Assembly: GCF_037042905.1 (NCBI RefSeq)
Contig: NC_087246.1
Span: 7,132,001-7,196,000 of the forward strand
Length of the DNA: 64,000 nt
Reading direction: 5' to 3'
Origin: Lytechinus pictus
Lineage: Eukaryota
Numbering within the stretch: the first letter of the stretch is position 1; the number at the start of each line of letters is the position of its first letter. The position numbers and the translations under genes are program-made. Below the pieces are notes generated by a model. The model was not told the origin of the DNA. It ran no database searches and saw nothing but the letters and a program-made list of their open reading frames with translations. Shown here in pieces: positions 1 to 12,478 of this stretch.

Positions 1-893
1 CCATATTAAGGAAAAAATACAAGAAGATAGACTAGAAGAAAGAAAACTAACTGAACAGAGAGGTCTATTAACAAACCATTTCAGAAAATGGGACAAGTTT
101 ATTTTCTAGAGATGCTGGGGCTTAGAAAGTTCAAGCATACAGTTGTTAAACACTCTAAATGCGAGGGAGATGGTCTGGTCCCTATTGTTGCACTCCTCTT
201 GGAGTGGGTCGGGGCAGTCTTTTTGGGGTGGGCTTTGTATCCTTTTGGTGCATTGTGGTTACTTCTGGAGTGAAAATTTAAAAAAAAATCATATATAAAA
301 TAAATATACGCTGTTCGCTCCAGAGGGAGCTATGGTGCGCTCTCTGGTAGTGTCCCTGTACAGGGACACTACTCTCTGGGATGTAGATCCCGCTTCTAAG
401 GTGACTGGTCTCTTTATCTATCTCTGGGAGGGGTGTGATTGGGGGCCAGAGTGTCTCTTTGCATTTGGAGTGAGGATTTAGGTGCACAAGTTAGATCATG
501 GTTGCGGCACAGAATGCAGATCGAAATGGAGGGTAGCTAGGTTGAGGGGAGGGAAGCAGGCCGCGCTTCCTGGGCTGGGCTTAATGGGATATGGAGGGGG
601 GGGGGGGCAGTGGGATGGGAGGGATTTTTACTTCTTTACTCATTCAGTTCAACTGCGTTGCTATACATTTTTTTTTGTTATGTCTGTATTTTTTTCTTTC
701 TACAGACTAAGTATTTACTTTGTTCTAGATGACTCGAATGTTATATTCTGTATTTTTTGTATGTATAATTTTTTGTATTATGAATAATTTTTATTTGACT
801 TTGTGAACAGTGTTTTGTTGATATTATATTACTTGTATGATTTTGAACTGAATGATTTTAATAAATACTATTACAGAAAAAATATAAAAAAAA
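1..893 (+). mobile_element. Probable 3' end of a non-LTR retrotransposon (L1/Tx1-like ORF2 C-terminus, 3' UTR, A-rich tail), truncated by the window start
   Basis: Frame 2-109 reads HIKEKIQEDRLEERKLTEQRGLLTNHFRKWDKFIF*, resembling the charged '...HxxKW' end of L1/Tx1 ORF2. It is followed by a G-rich then T-rich tract, AATAAA near 860 and an A-rich run to ~893. The family call is from recall only. Confidence 0.45.
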
Positions 894-1351
894 TCGCGAA
901 ACCGAACCATTCGAGAAAAGGGCCCCCTAAATTCCCGATGATTTGGATCCAGTTTACCCGACCCTTTGTTTTTGGCTTACAATCTTCACAAAACTTCCGT
1001 TAAATTTGACCAAAACATTCATATATTTGATTGAAATTTTCACAAAGCGTCGAGTAAACTGGACCCGACCTTTCGCCAAAATGAAACTGGTTTTGGATCT
1101 GGCAACAACTCCCTCAAATTTCAATATAAAAATCAAATTTCAAACAACTATAATGAAGTTTCAAGCAACTCGGGTTGTGTTACGCTTTACCTGGAGAGGG
1201 CGCTAAGTATGGCAACTTTTTCATACTCACAGATTATTTATACCTGTGATAGTATATTACAGATGCCTTTCCACTGACAAGAAAGATGCCGCATCTAGGC
1301 CTATTGTCGGCTCATTATAGAAGTAGTTGCATTCAAACGTAGCTCAAATTA

Positions 1352-1982
1352 CCGGGTCAGGCGGGGGGGTGACACTTCAATTGACGAGTGTTTTTTTTAT
1401 TTTTTATGTCACGGAGGTCGGTCGTCGGTTTTACCTTTACTTACATCATTGGGTTTAGTACAGCCCCACCCATGGGCGGAAATTCCAGGAGGGACAGGGG
1501 GGACGTGTCCCCCTACTTAAAATAGTAGGGGGGACACAATATCAAATGTCCCCCCTACTTTTTGTGGTCTTTTATGATGTTAAGAAATGCATCATTAAAA
1601 AATCGATATAAAACATGTATTTTAGGACGAGATGACCTTACTCTTACTTTTGGGATGACAACTTGTTTTTTTTTTTTTTTTTTTTTTTTTGCTTGTCAAA
1701 TTTATTTTCGTCGAAATGACCTTAAATTTGGGGTGATAACCATTTTTTTTTGCTTGTCAAATTTTCCAGCCCATTGTCCCCCCTATACCTTTTAAATTTG
1801 ACCCTAAACACGTAGCTTTCCTAGCGAAAATAGATACTTTTTTCATTATTTTAGTGTTTTTGACACCATTATTACGTTACGTACGTAACGTGCCCTATTT
1901 TGAAAAAGACAACCCTTTTACGTGTTTGTTTGGTCGCGCCTGCTATCCACTTGTCAGTGTAAGTGACCCCCCCCCCCCCGGG
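1352..1982. mobile_element. Degenerate copy of the CCCGGG-terminated MITE family (see 9432-9977), with a GC-rich repeat fragment nested at ~1471-1785
   Basis: 1795-1982 (gaccctaaacacgt...aagtgacccccccg) matches 9795-9977, and 1362-1470 matches parts of that element's left and middle. Confidence 0.7.
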
Positions 1983-4900
1983 AGGGGGGGGGGGGTCGGG
2001 TCGGGTAATCAATTGCATTTTTTTTCCCACTTGATCTTGTTAGTTTTATTGACCAGTTGTTATAGCTGCACACTACGGAATGAGGAGATGATATTCAAGG
2101 AAAGACACCCTAAAACACAGATGTCCTTGGGTGTCCATTTTAATGGTGAATCACTGCATCATGCAACCCCTGCACCCCCAAAAAGTGTTTCTGATTGGTA
2201 AAATTCTATTGCAACAGGCTCTTATCGACCCTTATTTGTATGCATGGTTCTGATGTCTATATAACTGAATATTTCAGTTCTATCAGATTACACAGGCTAT
2301 AATGCTATCTTATTTCTTAAAATATCCATTAATAAAGTTTTTAAATTCGCAAAAAGGAATATCCTTTATTCATTATTATTATTATTTTTATTTATTTTTT
2401 TTTTTGGGGGGGGGAGTGGAATTCCACTTTAATTTTTTTTTCAGTTTGGTGGAAAGAGGTTTGTGGTCAAAAGTTTGGCCAAAGTATTATACCCTCAACT
2501 TTGGTCCTAGACTCCTTCATATCCCCTCGTCACTTTCTTTTATTGGGAAGAGGTGCAGGGCGTTAATTGACACGACTGCTTTCTTCCCCTCTTTCCCCTT
2601 CTACTTCATTACTTTTTCCATTTTTGCAGGAGGGGCGGCTCGTCCCCCAGATCAGCCCCTCGTATTTCATACCGGACTTTCTTTTCTCTTCTTTTCTTTA
2701 TCTGACATTTCTTTGTGGAAAATAAAGGTACCTCCCGGTTTTTAACAGTCCGTCCGCGAGCCCCCACCTTGCCTACCAACCAACGTTCAATCAAGGACAG
2801 AATATGATTTTGTCAACCATCCTTTTATCTGTTTTCTTTCCTTCCCCTCTTCCTTTTCCTTCTTCAATTTGCTGCTTCTCCGCCTCTCTTTCTCTTAATA
2901 AATATATTTCCCATCTCCCTTATTCCTTTATTTTCTTCCATTTCTCTCTCTCTCTCTCTCTCTCCCCCTTCAATGATAATGATCGAATCCTCTCAAATTT
3001 TGTTCTCTCTCTCTCATTTCGCTCATCTTCTGTTTCTTTCCCTTTCCCCCTTTATTATTGGGGGGGGGGGGGTTCTGGAGACTCTATCTCAAGCATCCCT
3101 CCAAAAGAAACAAGTGATCAAGTGACATGCACTCCAGTGATTTTGACATTCTGATGTCATGTTACAACAAATTGTTTTGAATAAGTTTTAGTCCATGCAC
3201 CATCACTATTTACTTTATACCTGTTTTTACCTCTCTCTCTCTTGCTCGCTTAAAATCTCTAGAATGAAAATCACTCTTATTCGACAGTTATAATGGTTTT
3301 ATTTTCATGATTATCTTAATATAATAATATTGATAATAATACAATAACAATTTTTCTGTGAAAAAGCAAGTGGAGGAAACGTTTTTATGCACCCGCGAAA
3401 GAACACCTTCAGTTTTGAGGGTGCAAAATTTTGAAGGGGCACAACGTTTATGACAGTGGGAGATCTTCGACGAAGTAGCGAAGCGACCAAGCGGATTGAT
3501 GTTGTGGGAGGGGATACCCACAGCCGGCGGATCTAGCTTTCGCCACGAGGGTTGGGGGGGGGGGGCAATATCTCCATCCACATTTACCCCGATCGGTCGC
3601 TGAAGCTAATTGTGTGTTGCTTTGGGAAACCTTGAAGGGAAAAGTCCTAACTAAATTCTGACTTTTAAAAGTACATCTTATCCTTGTGCTTACATACAAG
3701 ATCTGATAAGGCCTAAATAAGTAATACTTGATGTAATAATCCCTATGGCAGCTCATACAGAAGCTATACCTACTGGGGTGATGAATAAAGTGAGCCACTG
3801 GAAGGAGCATCATGAAGTGCAAAAATGGTGATGAAATAATGCGAGCGTGTGAAGGGGGAGCTCAAATTTTTGGGCATTTTATGTATTTATAGACCTGAAA
3901 ATTTAATATTTAACAATTTTTGCAATCATGAACAAGATGCGTATTTAACACAATGCGAGCGCGAAGTGCGAGCTTAAATTTTGAATGCAATCCCGAAAAG
4001 GGACTAATGGTTTGCAGTGAATATATCGGAGGATCTAGAGATTTTTGTTTTAAAAATATATATTTAGCACTTTTCAAAATCATGAACAGGATGCGGAGGC
4101 ATACCTCGCTTAAAAGAAAGCAATGGAAACTGCATATCGACTTGAAGACGGGATATTTTACGCCCCATCCTGCCCCATATAATCATCTTGAACAGATTAT
4201 TATTTCTTTTTGGGGGGCCACTGGTTAGATTCAGGCCCCCTCCCCTGAATCGCCTATGACTCCTCCCGGGCCATGCCACGGTAGGGTCAATATATAAAAA
4301 TTGAGTAGGCCCTATAGTCAAAAGTCACGTTTACAGAGCAAAGGAGTATAATTATGAAATCTAATCGTTTACTTACATAATAGGCCAACGCGCAGATCGA
4401 TCGAGAGCTTCAGAAAATCAGATTCAACATGCATTGGGGAGCCGTCATTTTGCCATCCGGTTTTAGTCTGAAATGTATTCATTACAAGGTAAACGTCGTC
4501 GCACTTTTCGACCAATCTAATATTCTTATAAGTTGCAATATTACTTAGAAGAAAAGAAAAAAAAAAAAATGAAAGGATTTACCAAAGGTATCTTTCACCA
4601 GAGAATAGGGCATACTCGTCGACAAACGCGATCAAATTTACTTTTAATTGATGTATAGTAATTCCTCTGGCAGCTCATACAGAAGCTATAAGAGTAACTT
4701 GCCCAGGGAAAATGATTAAAAAAAAAAATTCCCCTTATGAAATTAAATTTTTTAGACAAGTGCCTACATTGTTTATTTCGTATAGAGGCATATTGTGGAG
4801 AGGGGGGGGGGGGGGGAGGGGGCAAAATTAGTTTTTTTTGGGGGGTTGGGGGTGCCCCCTCTGTCCAGCGGCTTTCGACGCGCGTGTTTCTATATATGTT

Positions 4901-5079
4901 TATATTAGGCCCTATAGAATATAATTAAAATTGAAATTGAATTGAACTTGGAAGCAGTTACTTATTATGTTAGTCAGTGGCATTTCTAATCCTCACTCGA
5001 TTTGAGAAATGAGTTAAAAAAAAAAAAATAGAAGAGGAGTTCACATTTTAGTCATAATGTGAACCCGACTTTTCCAGTA

Positions 5080-5887
5080 ACTTGTCGGCAAGGCGAATTT
5101 ACACTAATTATGCCATGTTTGAGGCAGTGTACAGGTCACAATTGACGTCACTAGCCAACGATCAGCCTAGCCCCTTAGCGACACGGCACAATATCGCCAG
5201 CTCTCGCCCGTTCATTCGGGTCGACTCATATTACTCTATGCATAGCGACCCCATAATGCGACCCGCGTAGGCTGAACAGCCGCTACAATCGTACACGTAC
5301 CATATACCATACCAGGGATCTCGGATGGAGATCCGTGTTCGTCACCACCACAGACCGCGGCATACACAGAGTGTGTAGGGGTACGGTACGAAGCCAGGAA
5401 ATTCTGGGCTAAGACTAAGTTGAACGTTAGGCAGAAACCGCCTTGGTTTGTAGGGAAAGTACCGGTACACAGCACCATCATGGCAGAGTGAGAGGACTAA
5501 AATCAAGGGATTCTTGGTCTTCAACATCGTGCCATACCTGCCGACTGGATTGTAATTTCGGAAATCTCAAATAGACCCTCGCCTCGGCTTCGCAATTATT
5601 ACCTCTCGCTCGTTGGGCCTGGGTTGAACGCAGAAGCACTGCTGTATATATATATATGTACAATCGGAAAAATTCCCATCGCGATCGCCGCAAAGGAGAG
5701 CTCCATTGATTGGTGTGTGCGATTCGGAGTGTGTGGTGACCCCGTAGCTGCTCGCAACACATTGCATATTCTACGTGGGAATAATTGCGATTGTGATCGA
5801 CGACATTTACGGAGGCCGTTTCCTCAACTGTTTTCCGTCTTGCAGATTTGACGACTTTTCTCTCAGTCGACAAATTACTGGATTAAG
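5080..5887 (+). promoter_or_regulatory. CpG-rich putative promoter/5' UTR of GRK2, with a perfect CRE (TGACGTCA, 5143-5150) and a YY1-type AAGATGGCGG overlapping the start codon
   Basis: Marked local CpG enrichment in an AT-rich background directly upstream of the ATG. Motifs are read directly; the TSS cannot be determined. Confidence 0.55.
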
Positions 5888-6000
5888 ATGGCGGATTTAG
5901 AAGCCGTTTTGGCAGATGTGAGCTACCTTATGGCAATGGAGAAGAGTAAATCTACTCCGGCTGCCAGGGCAAGCAAGAAGCTCGTTCTCCCCGATCCAAG
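5888..6000 (+). CDS. GRK2: G protein-coupled receptor kinase 2/3 (beta-adrenergic receptor kinase), coding exon 1
   Basis: Translates [37 protein letters not shown](S), the hallmark GRK2/3 N-terminus. 113 nt, GT donor at 6001. Confidence 0.98.
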
Positions 6001-6507
6001 GTAAACAAACCGAAGTTATAATATTACACACATGGGTTATGAGGACGTGATGTATGTCTGTGTTTTTGTCTACCGGTATAATGAAAGAAACCCTCACACA
6101 CATGGAGGAGGGGGGGGGGGGGGGGTAAAACTCCTCTAAGAAATTAAGTATCAGAAACCATTTCCTGCTAATGATGCTAAAATTAAAGAGGAGTGATACT
6201 AATCATTTTGCTAGTTTTTGACAAAATTAATTATCAAAATCTAACTTTTCTTTAGTTTAGGAAATCCTTAGAGACCGAAAGTTATTTAATGAGCAGCAAA
6301 TATATGTGTATTGACTATTGTAGATGATTTTGTCAATATTTACATTTCTATCATTGCTATTGACAGCAGTTGCACAATAATTGGGCTGATAATGCAAGCC
6401 ATACAATTCATTTTTTTTCAAACTTTAGCTATCGTTTCTGTTTAATTTAATTTTTTTTTGAAGTCTGAAGTCTGAACAAGTGGATACTTATAGGTCTACA
6501 TTTTGCC

Positions 6508-6623
6508 TAACCCAGGGAGCCCAGGAGCTTACCGTGCATTTGACCATAGTCACCGGACTAGGGTGATTTATGGTCTAAATATTTCTCCAAATGAATTGTG
6601 AAAACAGAAAGCTCCCTGGGTTA
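6508..6623. mobile_element. Internally deleted copy of the TAACCC...GGGTTA palindromic element, 9-bp TSD
   Basis: TSD cattttgcc at 6499-6507 and 6624-6632. Left end nearly identical to the element at 6648-7127. Confidence 0.85.
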
Positions 6624-6647
6624 CATTTTGCCATGCTACTTCTTTTA

Positions 6648-7127
6648 TAACCCAGGGAGCCCAGGGGCTTACCGTGTATTTGACCATACTCTCGGGACTA
6701 GCGTGATTTATGGTCTAAATATTTCTCCAAATGAATTATGAAAATAGAAATTATGCACTTACCACGATTATATGGATGAAGGTCTAACGAGTGGCAGTTT
6801 CCTGACATCTGGGCACAAACTGGAACCTCAAAAAAATGAAAAGTTCTCTCCTTCTACCCCAGTCTCGATCGGCCATTTTGTTACGATTCATAATAAAAAT
6901 GGCCGATGGAGACGGGGGTAGAAGGAGAGAACTTTTCGTTTTTTTGAGGTTCCAGTCTGTGCCCAGATGTCAGGAAACTGCCACTCGTTAGACCTTCATC
7001 CATATAATCGTGGTAAGTGCATAATTTCTGTTTTCACAATTCATTTGGAGAAATATTTAGACCATAAATCATGCTAGTCCCGTGAGTATGGTCAAATACA
7101 CGGTAAGCCCCTGGGCTCCCTGGGTTA
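6648..7127. mobile_element. 480-bp near-perfect palindromic non-autonomous DNA transposon, 9-bp TSD (AcademH- or MULE-like)
   Basis: Arms are reverse-complementary almost to the centre (~6888). TSD cttctttta at 6639-6647 and 7128-7136. Confidence 0.9.
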
Positions 7128-7170
7128 CTTCTTTTAAAGAGTGATAAGGATTTGTGTGAGAACCTATTAA

Positions 7171-7564
7171 AGATAAATTCCAGTTTTGGTAACGATCTAA
7201 AAATGACTTTTTACAGAATCTAATATAATGACCACCTAAGTGTCTGTTTGTATGAATAAAAAATATGTGCCAAAGGATTCTGGAAGAAATTGTGTAATTG
7301 CTGAGAAATAAGCAAAATAAGCGCGGATTCGGTCACTTCCGTCGGGTCTTTATTTTAGCAATAATAATACACTGTCCCACGTGTGCCTATCTGTGTTGGT
7401 GATCTTCGGTGTGAACAATTTTCAGCGTAGATTTCAAGATTTCACAAAGTTCAGTTTATGTAACTGTACCAGATCTAGATCCTCGATGATATACTGACAA
7501 TTAAGCCTTGTTTTACAGACTTTCTCATGAAATCAGTGTTTACTGCAAATACTGGAATTTCTCT
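7171..7564. mobile_element. Kolobok-like non-autonomous element (TTAA TSD), family copy 1
   Basis: ttaa|agataaattccag...ctggaatttctct|ttaa; second copy at ~15329-15723. Confidence 0.85.
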
Positions 7565-7853
7565 TTAAGTTGATACTGGTGATACTGGTGACAGCAATTG
7601 GTTGTGTACACACACCATTGAAATGCAATGAATGACTGGTGCCGTGGGTTTTCATCTCACCGCTGCCACCAGATATGTGACCCATGCCTAGAGTTCACAT
7701 CACATGATTGCCATCATGCATGTGAATCCATTCCTGTAAAATTAATTGGCTGATGGTGTGAATTTACTCTTCCTATGCCTCTGCTGCCATTGCCTCCATC
7801 TACAGGTACATGAATCCACCCCATTGAAATGCAATGACTGATGGTGTGGGTAA

Positions 7854-8436
7854 AGGCCTGGGGAACGTTTCATCAATATTTTCATCCGACAAGTTGTCAG
7901 ATCTGACATCTTTCTCTGATGTTGATTGGCTGAGAGGTACTGTTACTATGGTAACTGTCTGATAAAATGGGACTTGTCGGATAAAACGTCCGACAAGTCC
8001 TTTCATGAAACGCCCCCCTGGTGGGTGTTTCATGAAAGGACTTGTCGGACGTTTTATCCGACAAGTCCCATTTTATCAGACAGTTACCATAGTAACAGTA
8101 CCTCTCAGCCAATCAACATCAGAGAAAGATGTCAGATCTGACAACTTGTTGGATGAAAATGTTGATGAAACACTCCCCTGGTCCCACTGGCCGACGGACA
8201 AAAAACGTATTTCGTATTAAACAGATACAGCGGACAAGCAAAATTTTGGGGTGGCTCCATCCGCTCCAGACAGTGGACAAAATGGGCGAACAATGAAATC
8301 ACAGTGGACGGATGCTCGAAAGAGTGTATGAAACATGTATGCAAAGAGTACACAACAGATACGTTTTCTAATTATGGCAAGATTCTGTTCCGTTTTACAT
8401 CCTCTCTGGATCTGTAAGTGCATTGGGACCAAGCCT
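7854..8436. mobile_element. PIF/Harbinger-like MITE whose left TIR is split by the MITE dimer at 7861-8177
   Basis: The reconstructed left end aggcctggtcccactg pairs with the right end cattgggaccaagcct. Confidence 0.7.
7861..8177. mobile_element. Two 157-bp PIF/Harbinger-like MITE copies in head-to-head orientation (7861-8017 and 8021-8177)
   Basis: The copies are near-exact reverse complements, with CTG triplets at 7858-60, 8018-20 and 8178-80. This explains the mirrored ORFs in the ORF track. Confidence 0.88.
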
Positions 8437-9431
8437 ACAGTGGGTTTGTATCTCACTGCTGCCACCAATATGTAGACTACTAGTAACATTAATGAAGTGC
8501 AATGATTGGTGGCTTGGCTTTACATCCTACATCATCAAGAGATAAATACCATTAAAATTCAATGATTGGTGGTGTGAGCTTGCACCACCCACATGTACTG
8601 TATTAAGCTAAAGATTTTCGCGAATTGCTGGTGTCCCGACATGTTTGCGGGTTGTTGAATAGGCAATCAGAACTCGGAAGATGTACCAAACACTTCCACA
8701 GCGTTTCAGAGAAGCAAATAAAAGGGCAAAACATCTACAAAAATATGCTCCTCAAAGTCCCAATACCAACATGTATTTTGTACGTATATCCCTGCAAAGA
8801 TCAGTAATAAATTGTGAAAAAAAGTGGATTAAATTTCACTTTTTTTATACCTTTAGATCTGAAAATTCATCATATCACAGTTTGATCTGTAAAAGCAATC
8901 TTTGGAAGTTGTGTTTTGTTAGATTCATTTTAAAAAAGTTGTTTTAAGTGCAAAAAAAAAAAAGAATTCTGTGAACAGAATCTTACATCGCTAAAAGCTT
9001 GGGTCATGTGACTTATGAATAATAATGAGTATGCAAATCGCTGCCAATCTGTCTACAGATTACAATTAAATAAAATTATTTAATAGAAAATGCATTGTAA
9101 TATTACAGTGAGTGAATAAATATTGATAAAATTATGCTTGGAAATAATTCAGGCTCTGATTTTGTTTGATAAATAAAAAAGTGAAACTCTAGCAAACATT
9201 TTGAATTTCTAAAGTTACTTTTCAACCTTATTTTTTGTACATGTACATGAATAGGTGCATATCTCAACTCTTTCACACAGCATGTTTGCAATAGCAAAGC
9301 TTTGCTGTTCGAGACATTGGCACAAGTTACTAAATATTTTCGCGCGTTGTTTAATTCGCGGCCATGCAATCAGCATCTTGAGAAAATAAAAGCTGATACT
9401 GAAAATCACCAGGTACATGTGATCCACACCC

Positions 9432-9977
9432 CCCGGGGGGCCACTTCCATTCACGAGTGGATACCATGCGCGACCATGGGGTCTCGAAAAGCACCCTAAA
9501 CACGTAATTTCCATATTCTGAAAATGCACCCCTTAACAAGTATTGGCGTGTGAAACCCTACCCTTAACACGTATTGGAAACAAACCGATACTCTTGGCAA
9601 ATATTCCCTGAAATGAATCCCTAAACAAGTACAGGAATGTTTTATTGTTACGGGTCCTTCGGTCGTCTGCTGTACCTTATTTGGTTTAGTACGACCCCAC
9701 CTCGCGCAAAGCGGACTCTAAACACGAAGTGTTGGGGCAAAATGGACATCCTTTATAAAACATTTTAATTTTGTTTTATCATTCCCGCAAATTCGACCCT
9801 AAACACGTAATTTTCCTAGCGAAATAGACACCCTTTTTTCATTATTTTTGTGTTTTTGATACCCTTATTACGTTATGTACGTAACGTGCCCTATCGTGAA
9901 AAGGACATCCTTTTTACGTGTTTTTTTGGTCGCGCATGGTATCCACTCGTCAATGTAAGTGGCCCCCCCCCCCCGGG
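9432..9977. mobile_element. CCCGGG-terminated MITE with ~45-bp TIR and 8-bp TSD
   Basis: TIR cccggggggccactt..acgagtggataccatgcgcgacca / tggtcgcgcatggtatccactcgt..aagtggcccc..cggg. TSD tccacacc at 9423-9430 and 9978-9985. Confidence 0.88.
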
Positions 9978-12276
9978 TCCACACCAGTGTAATATAATGA
10001 CTGGTGGTATGGGTTTTTCATCCCACTGCTGCCACCAGATATGAACGAGACCTGGATTTACATCACACCCTTGCCATCATGTACATGTATGCAAATCCAT
10101 AAAATTCCCCTAAAATTCAAATATTAGTGGCGTGGGTTCACACTTCTCATGCCATTGCTGCCATGATGTACAGGTGCATGTACATGGGAATCCATGCCAG
10201 CGACTGATGGTTTGGGTTCACTGTTCACATCTCACTGCAGCCACCCATGTTTGTGCACCTGTACTAGTGAGGTTCAATCCCACTGCTGCCACCATGTAGG
10301 TATACTGTATGAACTAATGTGATTGAAGTACAATTACAAGTGGCTTGGCTTCTCATCCTACATATACAGTATTAAGAACCAATTCCATAGAAATGCAATG
10401 ACTGATGGTGTGATTACCACTAGGTACCATACTGTGTACAAGTACATTATGTGAATCCAATCCATGCGATGCAATGACTGGTAGACAATGGTCTAGGTGT
10501 GGACTGTGGATTGGGATTTCATGGTGGGACTCGGACCTAGTGCCCACACCATTGAAAATGCTGTGGCTGTAGCTGGTGGGATGGGTTTGCATCTCATATT
10601 GACACAAGGTATGTGAACCTGTCCTACATGTATACCATCAAAATGCAATGACAGTTAGTATGAGTTTGTACAAGTACTCCACTATTGCCACCAGTTTCAA
10701 TCCAGAGGCTGTTTAAATTCAATGGCTGGTGGCGTGGGGTTCACATACATGTACAGCGCCTCCAGGTACATAAATGTGAACACATGTCACTGAAATGGCT
10801 GGTGCCATGGTGGTGTGAGCTCACATCCCACTGCTGCCACTGGTTACAGGTACCTGAGCCCATGTCATAGAAATGCATAGACCGGTGTGTTTAAGTGGTT
10901 TTGCATTCATACCAAGAACCCCTGCCATTCAAATGAGGTGACTGGTGGGGTGGGTTTGCACTCCATTTTGGCACAAAGTACATGTGAACTATATAGCATC
11001 AAAATGTGATGGCTGGTGGGATGGGTCCCATGCACCCCTATTCTGACAATAGTGTTATGACCCAATGTCTCAATCTATGTAAATGCAATGACTGAAGGAG
11101 GGGAGGAGGATGTGCATCACATAATGACACAAGGTAGCCTACATGTAAAGTGAACCTACATGTATTACATCAAAATGCATTAATGCACTGACTGGTGGTC
11201 TGGGTTACATGTGGCACCCAACTGCTGACACCTGGTACAGGTTTGTGAACTCACGCCATGGAACTGCATCCCAATTTTGCTACCAGTAATAGGCACGTAT
11301 GAACCAACGCCATTGGAGATCAGGACTGATGGTGTGAGACTGAGTATACAATGTACTTACACAGTACGTGAGTGTGAACACATGCCACTGAAATGGAATG
11401 GCTGGTGGTGTGAGCCCACATCCCACTGCTGCCACCAGGTACATGTACAGGTTCCTGAGCCCATGTCATTGAAATGCAATAACCTGAATTGGCTTCACAT
11501 CCTACATGTACCTCAAGAACCTCTGCCATTGTAATGTTATGACTGGTGATGTGGGTTCACAACCCACACTGGTCACTCACTAACCACCAAGTCATCAAAT
11601 CTATTGAAATGTCATGAATGGCTGTGTAGTGGTACAGATAGTGAATCCACACCAGTGAAATGATTAGTGGTGTGCTTTCACAACTTCTTACTGTCATAAA
11701 AGAGATATGATCACTAACTATCTCCCTGCTTTCATCTCTTGATTACTATTCCCTGTTTTGAGAGAGGGTCATGGGTTTGAATCCTACTCCATCGTGAGTT
11801 AATTCCTTCAGCAAGAAAGTTTTCTATCTGTACATACTCAACTCAGGTGAGGTATGATCTCCCTGGTATGAATTCATTCTTTGAAATTCTGCTTGAATCA
11901 GATATGCATGATGACAAAGAACAAATACATGTATAGACTTCTAATGAATTACACGTGGAAGTAGCTATAATTATATTCATTGTTCAATATACATGTAATT
12001 CTACATAAGTTTTGATTGAATGTTTTTTGACTACCGGTACCTGTTTCTGGTGGAGAGTAGAATCATAATATCTGTGATAATGTTGTCTTCTATTATTGGC
12101 ACTGGAAATGTGGTGGAATAAATGCAAGTTTGGACTTATTGCTGAATGATAGTAACACTGGTTACTTTGATATTCCTGTAAACCTATAAATTTCATATAC
12201 ATTAAACATGTTAGTGGAAATGACTTAGAAATCATATTATGCATGAGTAACTTCTTTTTTCTTCTTCAATATACAG

Positions 12277-12353
12277 TGTAAGAACAGTGATGTACAAATA
12301 CTTGGAGGAAAGGAAAGAAATCACTTTTGAAAAGATCTTTGGACAAAAGCTTG
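12277..12353 (+). CDS. GRK2: GRK2/3 coding exon 2
   Basis: Polypyrimidine tract plus CAG acceptor; (S)[25 protein letters not shown](G); 77 nt; GTGAG donor; phase matches exon 1. Confidence 0.97.
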
Positions 12354-12478
12354 GTGAGTAGAAGAATTCTATATGTAATTTACTGTCTGTATTCATGCCT
12401 TGTCCTATTCTTGACAAATTACTCGTTAGTTTCTCATTTTAAATTTGATTTTGTGGTGTTTTAAAGCTAATATCAGAA

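Larger units (their letters stand above)
7600..11690 (+). repeat. Old, highly diverged minisatellite-like array (~60-70 bp unit) interrupted by several transposons
   Basis: The motif ccattgaaatgcaatgactggtggtgtgggtt...catcccactgctgccacca recurs at ~7615, 7821, 8550, 10385, 10550, 11390, 11465 and elsewhere. Confidence 0.75.

Noticed and set aside
7800..8220. Mirrored ORF pairs on both strands (MAERYCYYG..., MKxPPGG...)
   Set aside because: An artefact of the inverted MITE dimer.
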